A stretch of DNA of 26,213 nt. Source: a virus (lineage: Duplodnaviria; Caudoviricetes). The DNA lies in the IMG/VR virus record IMGVR_UViG_3300030330_000805, positions 1 to 26,213 of that record; one strand, written 5' to 3'. A program made the position numbers and the translations under genes. The number at the start of each line of letters is the position of its first letter. Within the stretch, counting starts at the first letter, position 1. Positions 18,101 through 26,212 of the stretch are shown in pieces. The notes beneath the pieces are model-generated. The model was not told the origin of the DNA and made no database searches. It saw only the letters and a program-made list of their open reading frames with translations.

Positions 18101-21100
18101 AAATATGCAGGAGTGTTTAGAGCAGTGTTGTCTCCTGTCACGTTTACTAAATTAACGTTATTTGCACCACTGCTCATACTACTAATCGTTGCCTTGACAA
18201 TGAATACCAACTCACCTGTATCTGCTCTAAAGATAGCATCTCCCTCTGCTAGTGATAAAGTACCGCCGCCTGTAAAGGTCAATGTATTGTTGCCACTGCC
18301 ATCTCTTACGGCTGCTAATGTAGAAGCAGAATTTTCTCTAAGTCTATACATCTGATATCTCTCAATGTCTAGTAGTGCATCATCAGGAGCAGGTAGTGAA
18401 TCAGGGTCAACAGGATTGAAATGCCAATCGAACGTTGCTTCTACTAATCTAGCAATACCGAATCTCTTGATGTTGTTTGTGGTTGTACTAGCAGATTTTA
18501 TCGATGCTCTCTCATAGTTAGTATCCGTCTTCTCAATCATTTTTGTAGTTCCACTGTAAGACGAATGAGAAACTGATGTCGTAGAGTTTTTTCCACTGCT
18601 CTCTAGTAGACACGCTAAGTCCTCAAAGTTCAGTGTCTGACTTCCAATGTTGTTGTATCTCAATTTTGAATATGGGAATAAATCTCCCGTTGCGAATATC
18701 TCATAGTTCTGTGCTTTAGGAGCATGATGCAACAACTTGTTTACGGCAGATATCCTCGTATTAATTGTACCAGTAGAACTGATAGCATGACTTGGTGGGA
18801 CTATATTATTCACATTACTAGAAGCATCGATAAATGGGCTTCCGGTTGCGTGTTTTAACGTGTAGTTGGAGTCAATCATATTGCTTCCCAACAAAGGAGC
18901 AGAAGAGACAGATAGAGTAGGTGAAGAAGGTGCGATACCGTTTGCCTTTATCGGATAAGCAATTGAGTATGCAGATATTGCTTGTGGTTGAGTCGGACTC
19001 TCGTATATTCCAGCATCAGACTTAGTAATCGTTCCTGCTCGTAATATTTGCGTATCCCAATATCTGTATGTTTCCTTGGGTGTATAGAAGGTGTTGATTT
19101 GATTTCCAGTTTGTCCTATCTTTGGGTCTACTCTATGTATGAAACCACCAGTGTTTACATTGTTGTTCACCATGTAGAATGAATACCCGCTTCTAGTATC
19201 ACTGGTGTTATTCTCTAGCCTAGCCATAACCAAAGGACAAATAGGTGCGATTGACATCTTGAATCCACCATCATCTTTTGAGATAGTCTCTACAATGTCA
19301 AACATCTCAGAAGCGTATGTCATCTTGTTAATCTTGGTTGTTGATACTCCTGTTTCTTTTGATAACTGTATTGCGAAAGCCGAGTCTGCATTCAATGTGC
19401 TAGTGTTCAATGAATTAATGCTGATTGGACTAGCGATATCATATCCTAGTGTTCTGTCATTGTCAAATGAAGCAGTGTTGGATGTTGATTCCAACTTGGT
19501 TCTAGTGTCTGTTCTATCAAACGAGAACGAGTCAGAGAATACCAAGCCCTTGTCACTGACTCTTGAGAAATCAGTGGCGGAGTTAGTTATCGATGGGTTA
19601 CTGCCAATCGCTTTCTTGCCTGAGAGATATGTTGCTTCGGCATGAGGGTCATAGTAGTAGATATCGGTATCAGCAGTAGTAGATAGTGTAACTAAAGGCT
19701 CATGCGTGAGAGTTGTAGTAGATGTTGTTGCCGATGCTACCTCTCCAATGAAAATCATATTGTCTGCTTCAGTGCTACTCCTAGTGAACAACAGGGTTCT
19801 TGCTTTGGCAGTCGTATTCCAATTACTTATTGTAGCATGACCAATAACCTTACCACTCACACCGCTTACATCCATAGTTGCCGTGTTCAATGCTGGAACA
19901 ATCGGATTCAATGTGCTGTATGCCATATCCTCAGAGAATAACAGGTTCTTGTCTATCAGGGTGTTTAGTAGAGATGCATTACTGTCCCTTCCCTCTACAA
20001 CCAATGTTGAAAGCCCATTCTCGGCATTTGTTTCAGTGAGTTCCACAATACCGTCAAACACTTCTTCTTGGAGACTGTACCCATCATTGTAATAGTAGAA
20101 TCTAGGAATGCTGGTATTCTGATAGAACTTCCTACTAGCATCCTGAAATTTCACATACTCCATGTCCTTATCGATGTAGTCCACATGATTCTGATGACCA
20201 CTTAGAGAGGTGAATACCACTTTGCTATCAAAGAACTTAGACTGCTCTTTGGGTATCGTTGTTCCTGATACAGTTAACCTATTGCCATCAGCATAAACGA
20301 CCTGTGTATCTGAATCGAAGTTCTCTGTATTCAACACACCAGTCCAATGAGCAATCTCCACATCTGCGTTATCAAACTCATGCACAGTTGCAGCAACAGT
20401 GAAGGAAGTAGCATTGAGTGTCTTGTTCGCCTTCACAGTGACATCCTGTGTTCCTGAAGACTTGCTTTGTACTGCATTTATCACATAGTAGTAGTCGTCT
20501 ACCTTGATGATGGAATCACTAGCGAGTTTCGTAGAGAGAGCATAATCGTGCGTATCTAACATATCTGTGAATCGAATCTCATTTGCCCCATCTACTTTGG
20601 ATGCTTTGAATGGAAGAGGTTTGAATGATACCTTGTCACTGAAAGCCGTTTTCATTGCCTTCAATGTCTGTCCCTGTCTTATCTTGAAGGGCAACATTCC
20701 TGAGTTGTTCATAGCCATAGTCTTGAACATCTTGCTCATCTTGTTCTGAGGACTGTTGACTATCACATCAGTAGTGAGTGGAATCACATCATTTCTACGG
20801 GGTCTAGGGTCTGCTGTTATGTATCTTGAAGGGCCAGTACGATTACCATCAAGGGTCGCTGATGTTGCTGATGTGCTATCAGAGGTGTGTCTCTTCATGT
20901 TTGGAAATGCCTTGTGCCAAAAAATAGGGTTGAAGTTGCCATCAGCATCATCAGTTGTCCTTAGATTATCCACAAGAGTCGCATCTAGTTTCCCTCTACC
21001 GATATTAGATATCACTCCTTTTTGCTTTGCCTCTGTTCGGAATACTATATTCTGTATTCCCTTTCCGTATGTTAAAAGAAAGGCAGATGACCCACTTCTC

Positions 21101-22224
21101 CATGCAGTCGATGCTTGTCTAGCGAAATCCAATTCAATAGAGTTATCACTAGTGTTGATTGTTTTTACATTACCAACAAAACTATCATCTGAGTCATTGA
21201 ACAACGACATGCCTTGGAATACTATATTCATAAAATTAGGATAACTGCCTGTATTCACAAATAGTTTCTTCGATGAACTGCCCTCCTCAAACGCTGAATA
21301 AGCAGCACTACTGCTTGTGAAACCAACATCAGTGCCACCTGACCCACCAAGATTTGGATTATAGTCAAACCATCGTAGTCTAGTGACAGTGTACTTCTCC
21401 ATGTAGTCCAATTGGTCATTCTGTTCTAATCTATCATTGTAAAAGAAGAACGTTGGTCTATCTACTCTGTTTAACACATCATAGTTATCTGTTGAAGCCT
21501 GATTATCACCACGAAGACCGTAACTCACAGCCATGATATCGGTATCTGTCTTTGCTGGCCCTTTGAAGACCTCAAAGTTAGTTCCCTTTGGAATTGGTGC
21601 ATGATACTTTGGACTAAACTCCAATCCATCACCTACCTCATCAAATGTTGATATTCTAGTTATCTTAGCAAAGTGTGGTCTTGCAGTATCTGATTGTGTA
21701 GAAGAGTCAAATATCTCAGGGTTTAGAAGAATAAAGTAATCATAGTTCTCTATGTCTAATGCCACAACATCAGTAGCAGGGTAATCAATTACAGAAGCAC
21801 CCAATGAGGTATCTGCATACACGAACTTTCTATTTGTCTCGCCTGTGCTAACACTGGTATCAAATGCCTTTATCTTGAAAGGAGGGGTTGTCTCTTTCGC
21901 AGTAGCATAATTAGCAATAGTCTTGTTCTTGGGAAGAAGCCTATTTCCTATTTGGTCAGCCTTGTCATTTGATATAGAGCCACCATGAGACCCCTTTCTA
22001 ATCTCGGTGAATATAACAGATGAAACTACATCAGAGGTAGCAGTACCAGTTCCACTAGTCTCAGACTCCACAAATGTCGCTTTCAATACAGGATTGACTG
22101 ACACATCTTTGAATGCCTTTCCAGTAGAAAACTCAGTAGTCATACTGGCATATGCTTCATTGGCATCATCCTCGTTAACTCCTGATTTCAAGGGATAGAG
22201 AATAGTTCCATTTGTCTTTGCCAT
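15163..22224 (-). CDS. Very large baseplate hub / Tal / central tail-tip protein (~2353 aa) with large insertions
   Basis: Hub-like segments VFDGIVE...LVVEGRD...LL (~19925-20070) and EIERIAKEAGL...AFQMLNKLA...FRV..KKVVFR...NKVTVIG...DAKVKAIELL...LEAGDVVFL...YIIFEIE...MTVG (~15400-16300). Start moved to ATG 22224, which has GGTGAT upstream and sits 1 nt after the previous stop. Confidence 0.7.
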   Translation of the reverse strand: MAKTNGTILYPLKSGVNEDDANEAYASMTTEFSTGKAFKDVSVNPVLKATFVESETSGTGTATSDVVSSVIFTEIRKGSHGGSISNDKADQIGNRLLPKNKTIANYATAKETTPPFKIKAFDTSVSTGETNRKFVYADTSLGASVIDYPATDVVALDIENYDYFILLNPEIFDSSTQSDTARPHFAKITRISTFDEVGDGLEFSPKYHAPIPKGTNFEVFKGPAKTDTDIMAVSYGLRGDNQASTDNYDVLNRVDRPTFFFYNDRLEQNDQLDYMEKYTVTRLRWFDYNPNLGGSGGTDVGFTSSSAAYSAFEEGSSSKKLFVNTGSYPNFMNIVFQGMSLFNDSDDSFVGNVKTINTSDNSIELDFARQASTAWRSGSSAFLLTYGKGIQNIVFRTEAKQKGVISNIGRGKLDATLVDNLRTTDDADGNFNPIFWHKAFPNMKRHTSDSTSATSATLDGNRTGPSRYITADPRPRRNDVIPLTTDVIVNSPQNKMSKMFKTMAMNNSGMLPFKIRQGQTLKAMKTAFSDKVSFKPLPFKASKVDGANEIRFTDMLDTHDYALSTKLASDSIIKVDDYYYVINAVQSKSSGTQDVTVKANKTLNATSFTVAATVHEFDNADVEIAHWTGVLNTENFDSDTQVVYADGNRLTVSGTTIPKEQSKFFDSKVVFTSLSGHQNHVDYIDKDMEYVKFQDASRKFYQNTSIPRFYYYNDGYSLQEEVFDGIVELTETNAENGLSTLVVEGRDSNASLLNTLIDKNLLFSEDMAYSTLNPIVPALNTATMDVSGVSGKVIGHATISNWNTTAKARTLLFTRSSTEADNMIFIGEVASATTSTTTLTHEPLVTLSTTADTDIYYYDPHAEATYLSGKKAIGSNPSITNSATDFSRVSDKGLVFSDSFSFDRTDTRTKLESTSNTASFDNDRTLGYDIASPISINSLNTSTLNADSAFAIQLSKETGVSTTKINKMTYASEMFDIVETISKDDGGFKMSIAPICPLVMARLENNTSDTRSGYSFYMVNNNVNTGGFIHRVDPKIGQTGNQINTFYTPKETYRYWDTQILRAGTITKSDAGIYESPTQPQAISAYSIAYPIKANGIAPSSPTLSVSSAPLLGSNMIDSNYTLKHATGSPFIDASSNVNNIVPPSHAISSTGTINTRISAVNKLLHHAPKAQNYEIFATGDLFPYSKLRYNNIGSQTLNFEDLACLLESSGKNSTTSVSHSSYSGTTKMIEKTDTNYERASIKSASTTTNNIKRFGIARLVEATFDWHFNPVDPDSLPAPDDALLDIERYQMYRLRENSASTLAAVRDGSGNNTLTFTGGGTLSLAEGDAIFRADTGELVFIVKATISSMSSGANNVNLVNVTGDNTALNTPAYLIRQYSLLSFEIFKFEDEGFQTPILTNNNFVESQTKVDFTSVYLARPNYHSEGSIFKYAKLSNGGDAFLPPSVFIPFVFKSSTHSTNPNVSDLSPYHPEYTWHGNTGINSGTASFTNSSRVIAGLVHRVSSTDIPRNEKYGLHTDAHPYENCIGVFRNIRKISRDGPDVPTDMFQTSAILGSRQEKDNHTAYVTGFNGGSSDSTTDLDQHTVNTMIFQNNPNTYAITGTHTRSGQVDNTGNSGVGTFTDLGVKYFLGSKEGDTLTTTTYDLHDDTDWTDSIGSDNNGSDSEGGLYRAQMMIKPVLDITDANVSLSQTNSARDTITIDTSDADSQHTWLSFVPNLTGYYLVAEKTLERKNDLSLGLAAKVNATALHRGEIFQSGNGGNIGFMAKILSHTTNQTTNTATSFTHVIKLDRGIEDNDLFFGNQMARRPRFRLMRLAETTFRDTPKEIILNRLHSTGLDYSETTSRYDTGNRSGNSTQHLDEGVFSAYVLMNLDKAPETSSIESIVPETPSNSVHNIPFSNGDVFDCFITDGTNRQRKLMTFTDVSASIEGGVRQREAKLTYEGTLTGNGVVSFGEIIELELDRQPNLNNATKCHIGTSMIIGEEVETEIERIAKEAGLDIDMVQSQAEFTGNIVSSVSNNVITCKATVENIVAGDTIFTHEGYPIGVVASTPSGTTITVNDVDTTDTDVDLWFVPLVNDEIIKFNKKTFVSTDNFVQASAFQMLNKLAGKKNLDFRVNNKKVVFRDLNSAPLLRKQAISYRSHRVFSVKKNSSLFAKANKVTVIGDRIKTSVSSDDAGTHIKFVDANIRSITDAKVKAIELLELHSSDARKITLNVEKKGLETLEAGDVVFLDFPQYDIPPNDYIIFEIENVLTPTLTMTVGTFDKTIAERLSEIGTQQSASSSTLFSRNSQQVSTGKTITDSISLKTTLVQYTITGTGETANMGFDDLFGFGETLGFETTAGQVIGYYTSED

Positions 22225-22225
22225 A

Positions 22226-24775
22226 TCAATCACCAAAGGAGTAGTAGAACAGAGTGTCACTGTAATTAGGAGTCAGGGTCGTGATGGTAGGGCAAGGAGT
22301 GGCAGACTTGTGGAATGCAATCTCATAGAGTTCTCCCATGAATTGAGTAGCCTTCCTAGCAGTAGCAGATAGAGTTCCATTCTGTCCTATGAAGCAGTCA
22401 CCCGGACTCGTATCCAATCTGAACTTACCGATGTTCACCTTCGCTCTCTTTACTGGTTGATTATTCACATACAAGGTGATGGTATTCCCATCAAAGGACA
22501 TACCAACCTTACTTGGTTGCTCCAAATATAGAGCCTCCTTCTGTTGTTCCCTGTATATTGTTCCTGTGACTGTTGTAGCAGGAGCAGATGCAAGTGTAAT
22601 CGTATTTCCGCTTACTGAAGAAACAGTGCCTATGAGTGTCCCGACATTGTTGTATATCTCATTACCAGCACCTATTCCATCTGCTTCACCTGACCCTACA
22701 TTGATGTCATTGACATTGGTGGTGAATGCTCCTATTGACAATCCCGAACTTATTCCTGTATTGCTGATTGCTTGGTCTCCTGCTGATGCGGCTACTATTG
22801 TTAGCGTACTACCGCTTCTAGTCACCGTCAGAGAACCATCGTGACCTGAAGACCCTGCGATAACTGTTCTTAGATTATCAGCAGTTGTTTGTGTATTTCC
22901 CACTACGTTTGTAAAGAAGACAACATCATTGCTTCCTTCGGTTGCAGTAGAACCTTGACTCTCGGTTACGGCAGGTTTGTACTTCTTGACGAGACCAGCA
23001 CTATCCTCTAGAGTGATGAATGCAGTTGGTGTACTTGCGGCAGAGTAGTTGGAGAACTGATTGCTGCTTACTGAAATAATACTAGAATAGCCACTTACTC
23101 TTGCTAACGTTTGACTTGATTGGACTGCTCCGCTTGGAGAAGTCACTGTGACCACGCTCCCACTGGCTGCTGCCTCAGTTCCCCCAAAGCCAGTTCCTGT
23201 AAATGCAGCATTGATTGCTCCTGCTAAATAAGTAGCAGTGACATCCGTATTGCCTCCTATCAGAACCTTATGAACAGGACTAACGCTTGTTGTGCTGTTA
23301 GTATCCAATGCTCCATTTGTGAAAGTACCACTAAAGAACTTGAAGAATTTAGCAGCCGTTAAACCACCATTTGAGTTTCGCAATCTGACTGTCATGTAGT
23401 AGTTCACATTACTAGCACTCGTAGCGTTCGTACCTCCTGAGAATGTACTAGCAGTTAGTTTATCGCTATTCGCAATTGTCGAACCAATAACAGGGCCAGT
23501 GTTAGGCGTGGTACTGTGGTTTCCTGCTGTTCCAACGGCATCCTGCACTAAGGTAATAGTTCCTGTTGTCCCGGTAGTGTTGGATGTTGTAGCACTGATA
23601 TCCAACCCCGAACTTGGATTGCTCCCACTACCATTTACGTCATTGATAGCCTTGAATAACATCAATCTAAAATTCGCATCATTGACGGTGTTATTATTAA
23701 TCACAACCCTACCAGTCTCAGGAACGAAGACATCTACTTGAGTATTGGTTGAACCATAGCCAATTTCGCCCAATTGGTCTTGCAACAACGCCCCACCTGT
23801 AACGCCCGATAAATCACTAAATGTGAATATCCTCGCAGTTTGTCCCTGCATTTCACCGGGCCACCCACCTGAAGAAGAATTATCTGTCATAAAGAACCTG
23901 TATGTTTTATTGGAACTAGTACCTGTGCCTGTCTGCCTGTTTCTGAGAATGATGGCATTGTTGTTACTAGCAGACGTAAGCGTTGATATGGGAGTAGCAC
24001 TCCAACTATTGTTGAATGTTATTGACCCCGATGCCTGTGTACCGCTAGAAGCAGCAACGTCTAGATGAGAAGAACCGGGAACAGCATCCACAGTGAATGT
24101 GGCTGTACCCTGTACTTCAGCAGTGTTTGTGAAACTAGCCAAGTCTCCTGTTATCTCTGCTGTTGCGGTTGGTAGAGAGCCAGTCGCACTACTGGTTATC
24201 TTCGTTTTGTCTGTTGTTATGCCACTGTAAAGACCATCAGGGTCATAGTATCCAGTCAGTGATTTCTTAGATACGAATACTGGCTCACTGGCAACTGTGT
24301 GAGTTATCGGAGTACCTATGGAGTCTGTGAGTTCAACAACCAACTTGTACTCTGCTGGTTGATTGAAGTTGGAGGATGTTGTATTCTGCAAGTAGAACTT
24401 CAGATAGTCGTTGCAGAATATCATCATCTTGTGAGTTCCTCTACCTGCTCCGAAGTAACTGACACTCTCATAGTTGGATGTGGTATCTGCTTGGTCGTCT
24501 AGTGATAGGTTTGGACTAGGAGGAGTCTTTGTGCTATCGAGCCTTCCTTGTCCTGATGTTCTATGACCGACTCCATTCACATCATAGGGAGTGACTATCG
24601 CTTCGATGCTGAATGGCCCTCCGTAATCCCATAGAGGATGTCTTGACTCGTCTATCGTGTTGCTTCCAGTCAAGTCGTTGCTGTTGTAGTCATCATACTC
24701 TATCTTCAGATGTCCATCGCACATGACAGGAAATACCAATGCCCTTGTATCTCCTACATGTGCTGTTGTTGCCAT
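22226..24775 (-). CDS. Tail-associated protein with a split LamG/ConA-like lectin fold and inserted domains (849 aa)
   Basis: N-half LW...GPFSIEAIVTP...MMIF...LKFYL and C-half KVGMSFDGNTITLYVNNQPV...CFIGQ...QFMGELYEIAF...TLFYYSFGD are characteristic LamG segments. RBS AGGTGA. Confidence 0.7.
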   Translation of the reverse strand: MATTAHVGDTRALVFPVMCDGHLKIEYDDYNSNDLTGSNTIDESRHPLWDYGGPFSIEAIVTPYDVNGVGHRTSGQGRLDSTKTPPSPNLSLDDQADTTSNYESVSYFGAGRGTHKMMIFCNDYLKFYLQNTTSSNFNQPAEYKLVVELTDSIGTPITHTVASEPVFVSKKSLTGYYDPDGLYSGITTDKTKITSSATGSLPTATAEITGDLASFTNTAEVQGTATFTVDAVPGSSHLDVAASSGTQASGSITFNNSWSATPISTLTSASNNNAIILRNRQTGTGTSSNKTYRFFMTDNSSSGGWPGEMQGQTARIFTFSDLSGVTGGALLQDQLGEIGYGSTNTQVDVFVPETGRVVINNNTVNDANFRLMLFKAINDVNGSGSNPSSGLDISATTSNTTGTTGTITLVQDAVGTAGNHSTTPNTGPVIGSTIANSDKLTASTFSGGTNATSASNVNYYMTVRLRNSNGGLTAAKFFKFFSGTFTNGALDTNSTTSVSPVHKVLIGGNTDVTATYLAGAINAAFTGTGFGGTEAAASGSVVTVTSPSGAVQSSQTLARVSGYSSIISVSSNQFSNYSAASTPTAFITLEDSAGLVKKYKPAVTESQGSTATEGSNDVVFFTNVVGNTQTTADNLRTVIAGSSGHDGSLTVTRSGSTLTIVAASAGDQAISNTGISSGLSIGAFTTNVNDINVGSGEADGIGAGNEIYNNVGTLIGTVSSVSGNTITLASAPATTVTGTIYREQQKEALYLEQPSKVGMSFDGNTITLYVNNQPVKRAKVNIGKFRLDTSPGDCFIGQNGTLSATARKATQFMGELYEIAFHKSATPCPTITTLTPNYSDTLFYYSFGD
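22229..22234 (-). promoter_or_regulatory. Ribosome-binding site GGTGAT for the hub gene
   Basis: Minus strand reads GGTGATTGATATG; supports the start at 22224. Confidence 0.7.
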
Positions 24776-24779
24776 TCAT

Positions 24780-24785
24780 TCACCT
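24780..24785 (-). promoter_or_regulatory. Ribosome-binding site AGGTGA for the LamG-like gene
   Basis: Minus strand reads TAGGTGAATGAATG. Confidence 0.7.
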
Positions 24786-25533
24786 ACATGTTGTTGATTG
24801 GGTTTTCTGCTAGAACCTTAGCAACCTCAAACTCCAAGGTGAATGGTACAGCGTTTGCTTGCTCACCTGCGAAGGTGGTGTTGAAGGAACGTATGAATCC
24901 TGACATTCCTGTTATCTCATCAACCTCTGAAACATCCGAGAATGCTGAGAGGGGAGAGATGTCAATCAAATCAGAAACTCCTGTTGTCGAGTCTATGAAA
25001 TCATTTGCCGCTCTCTTGAATCTCTCATCGTATCTTCTATTCTCATAGGTGAATGGAATGAGTGGTAAGTCTGACATGTCATTTGTTTCGTCATCTGTTG
25101 TGTGGTAGTTAAAGTTCGTATCGATTCTGCTAGGCATCAGAATGATGAGTTTGTTCATTGACTGGTCATCCTGTGCCGCACTGCTATCAACATAGGAATG
25201 TATCAGTTGAGCCATCTCAAATGGTGTTAGTATCCTCTCCTTAGCAGAATCACTTCCCTCTCCTGTGTCTTTGGATATCCTTTGATTCAGGAGCGTTCCT
25301 GTGAGGCTTATCGCCTTGTTCGCTATACCCATATCAAAGGCAAGAGTCTCTGACTTTCCAGTTGCCATAGAAGCAAAGGGAACTGGTAGAGTGGGAACTG
25401 TCTTGCTTGTGTTGATTCCTATCTCCGTCACGAACAGTGGTATTCTATTCACTGCTCTGTCTCCACCTATCTCATTCCTTCTTTGCAGTTCTAGAAAAAC
25501 GCTGAAGTTGCTGTAACTGTCACTTGTTGCCAT
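24784..25533 (-). CDS. Distal tail (Dit)/tube-initiator-like protein (249 aa)
   Basis: Immediately follows the tape measure gene. Tube-fold-like pattern VPTLPVP...LAFDMG...ISLTGTL...SGFIRSFNTT...VPFTLEFEV. Confidence 0.55.
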   Translation of the reverse strand: MATSDSYSNFSVFLELQRRNEIGGDRAVNRIPLFVTEIGINTSKTVPTLPVPFASMATGKSETLAFDMGIANKAISLTGTLLNQRISKDTGEGSDSAKERILTPFEMAQLIHSYVDSSAAQDDQSMNKLIILMPSRIDTNFNYHTTDDETNDMSDLPLIPFTYENRRYDERFKRAANDFIDSTTGVSDLIDISPLSAFSDVSEVDEITGMSGFIRSFNTTFAGEQANAVPFTLEFEVAKVLAENPINNM

Positions 25534-25534
25534 T

Positions 25535-26212
25535 TTAGAATTTCACCACCGATGTTGCTGTCCTATTCATTCTTGAGTTTATTTCTCTCGCTACCTTGTT
25601 TGCTATGTCTTTTATCTCAGTGTCAGAAGCACCGACTCTTCCAGTCACTTGCACTGTGATGTTGTTAGTCACACTGCTTCCACCCATCATTGAGCGAGTA
25701 TCTGAGTTGTTGTATACTCTAGAGCCTTGAGGTAATCTGACTAGTTCCGGCCCTCTCTCCCCTACCATGTGCATACCAGTCTTTGGAACGATGCCTCCTT
25801 GTGCAAAACCAAACACTCCTCCAATCTTGTCACCAAGTTTTCTTATGCCATCTCCTACCTTTTCTACTGCTTCAGGAGATAGAGCCTCTTTCAAAGCAGT
25901 CTTTATTTCTGCAAGAGTTGGTATGTTTAGGTTGTCGAATAGGAAATCTTTGACACTAACAAATGTATCATACAGGAATCCTAAGACTGCCCCTATCTTA
26001 TCTGCATGTGGTATTAGTTTGTCTGCTAGGTAGATTATAGCAGCCATTGCTGCGGCAAACAGGATAGCAGGAAGACCAATGAACAGTGCTGCTATTAGAG
26101 CGATACCTAGTGCTATCTTTGCTACGACCTTGACTACATGTAGACCAGCCGCTACAATCGCTCCTCTAGCGGTATCAAACTTATCTTTGATTTCATCTAA
26201 TTTAGTATTGAA
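25535..26212 (-). CDS. Tail tape measure protein, C-terminal part (5' end outside the window)
   Basis: Frame stays open beyond the track's 26047 start to the window edge (FNTKLDEIKDKF...IALGIALIAALFIGLPAILFAAAM). Hydrophobic helices followed by the common TMP C-terminal motif FAQGGIV...VGERGPELV.LP.GSRV..N and NNITVQV. Confidence 0.88.
   Translation of the reverse strand, partial: FNTKLDEIKDKFDTARGAIVAAGLHVVKVVAKIALGIALIAALFIGLPAILFAAAMAAIIYLADKLIPHADKIGAVLGFLYDTFVSVKDFLFDNLNIPTLAEIKTALKEALSPEAVEKVGDGIRKLGDKIGGVFGFAQGGIVPKTGMHMVGERGPELVRLPQGSRVYNNSDTRSMMGGSSVTNNITVQVTGRVGASDTEIKDIANKVAREINSRMNRTATSVVKF
25543..25550 (-). promoter_or_regulatory. Ribosome-binding site GGTGGTGA for the Dit-like gene
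   Basis: Within the last TMP codons, 9 nt before ATG 25533. Confidence 0.65.

Noticed and set aside
22225-22260. ORF-track start of the hub gene at 22260 (also 87, 15166 and 26047 for other genes)
   Set aside because: Better starts with an RBS or coupling exist at 22224, 102 and 15160. The TMP frame is open past 26047 to the window edge.
1787-26033. Dozens of plus-strand ORFs of 60-280 aa (e.g. 13183-14025, 20756-21244, 1787-2251)
   Set aside because: They lie wholly antisense to long, coherent minus-strand genes, mostly in the mirror frame. They show the V/L/S/A/P-rich composition of shadow ORFs, and I saw no convincing RBS or motifs.
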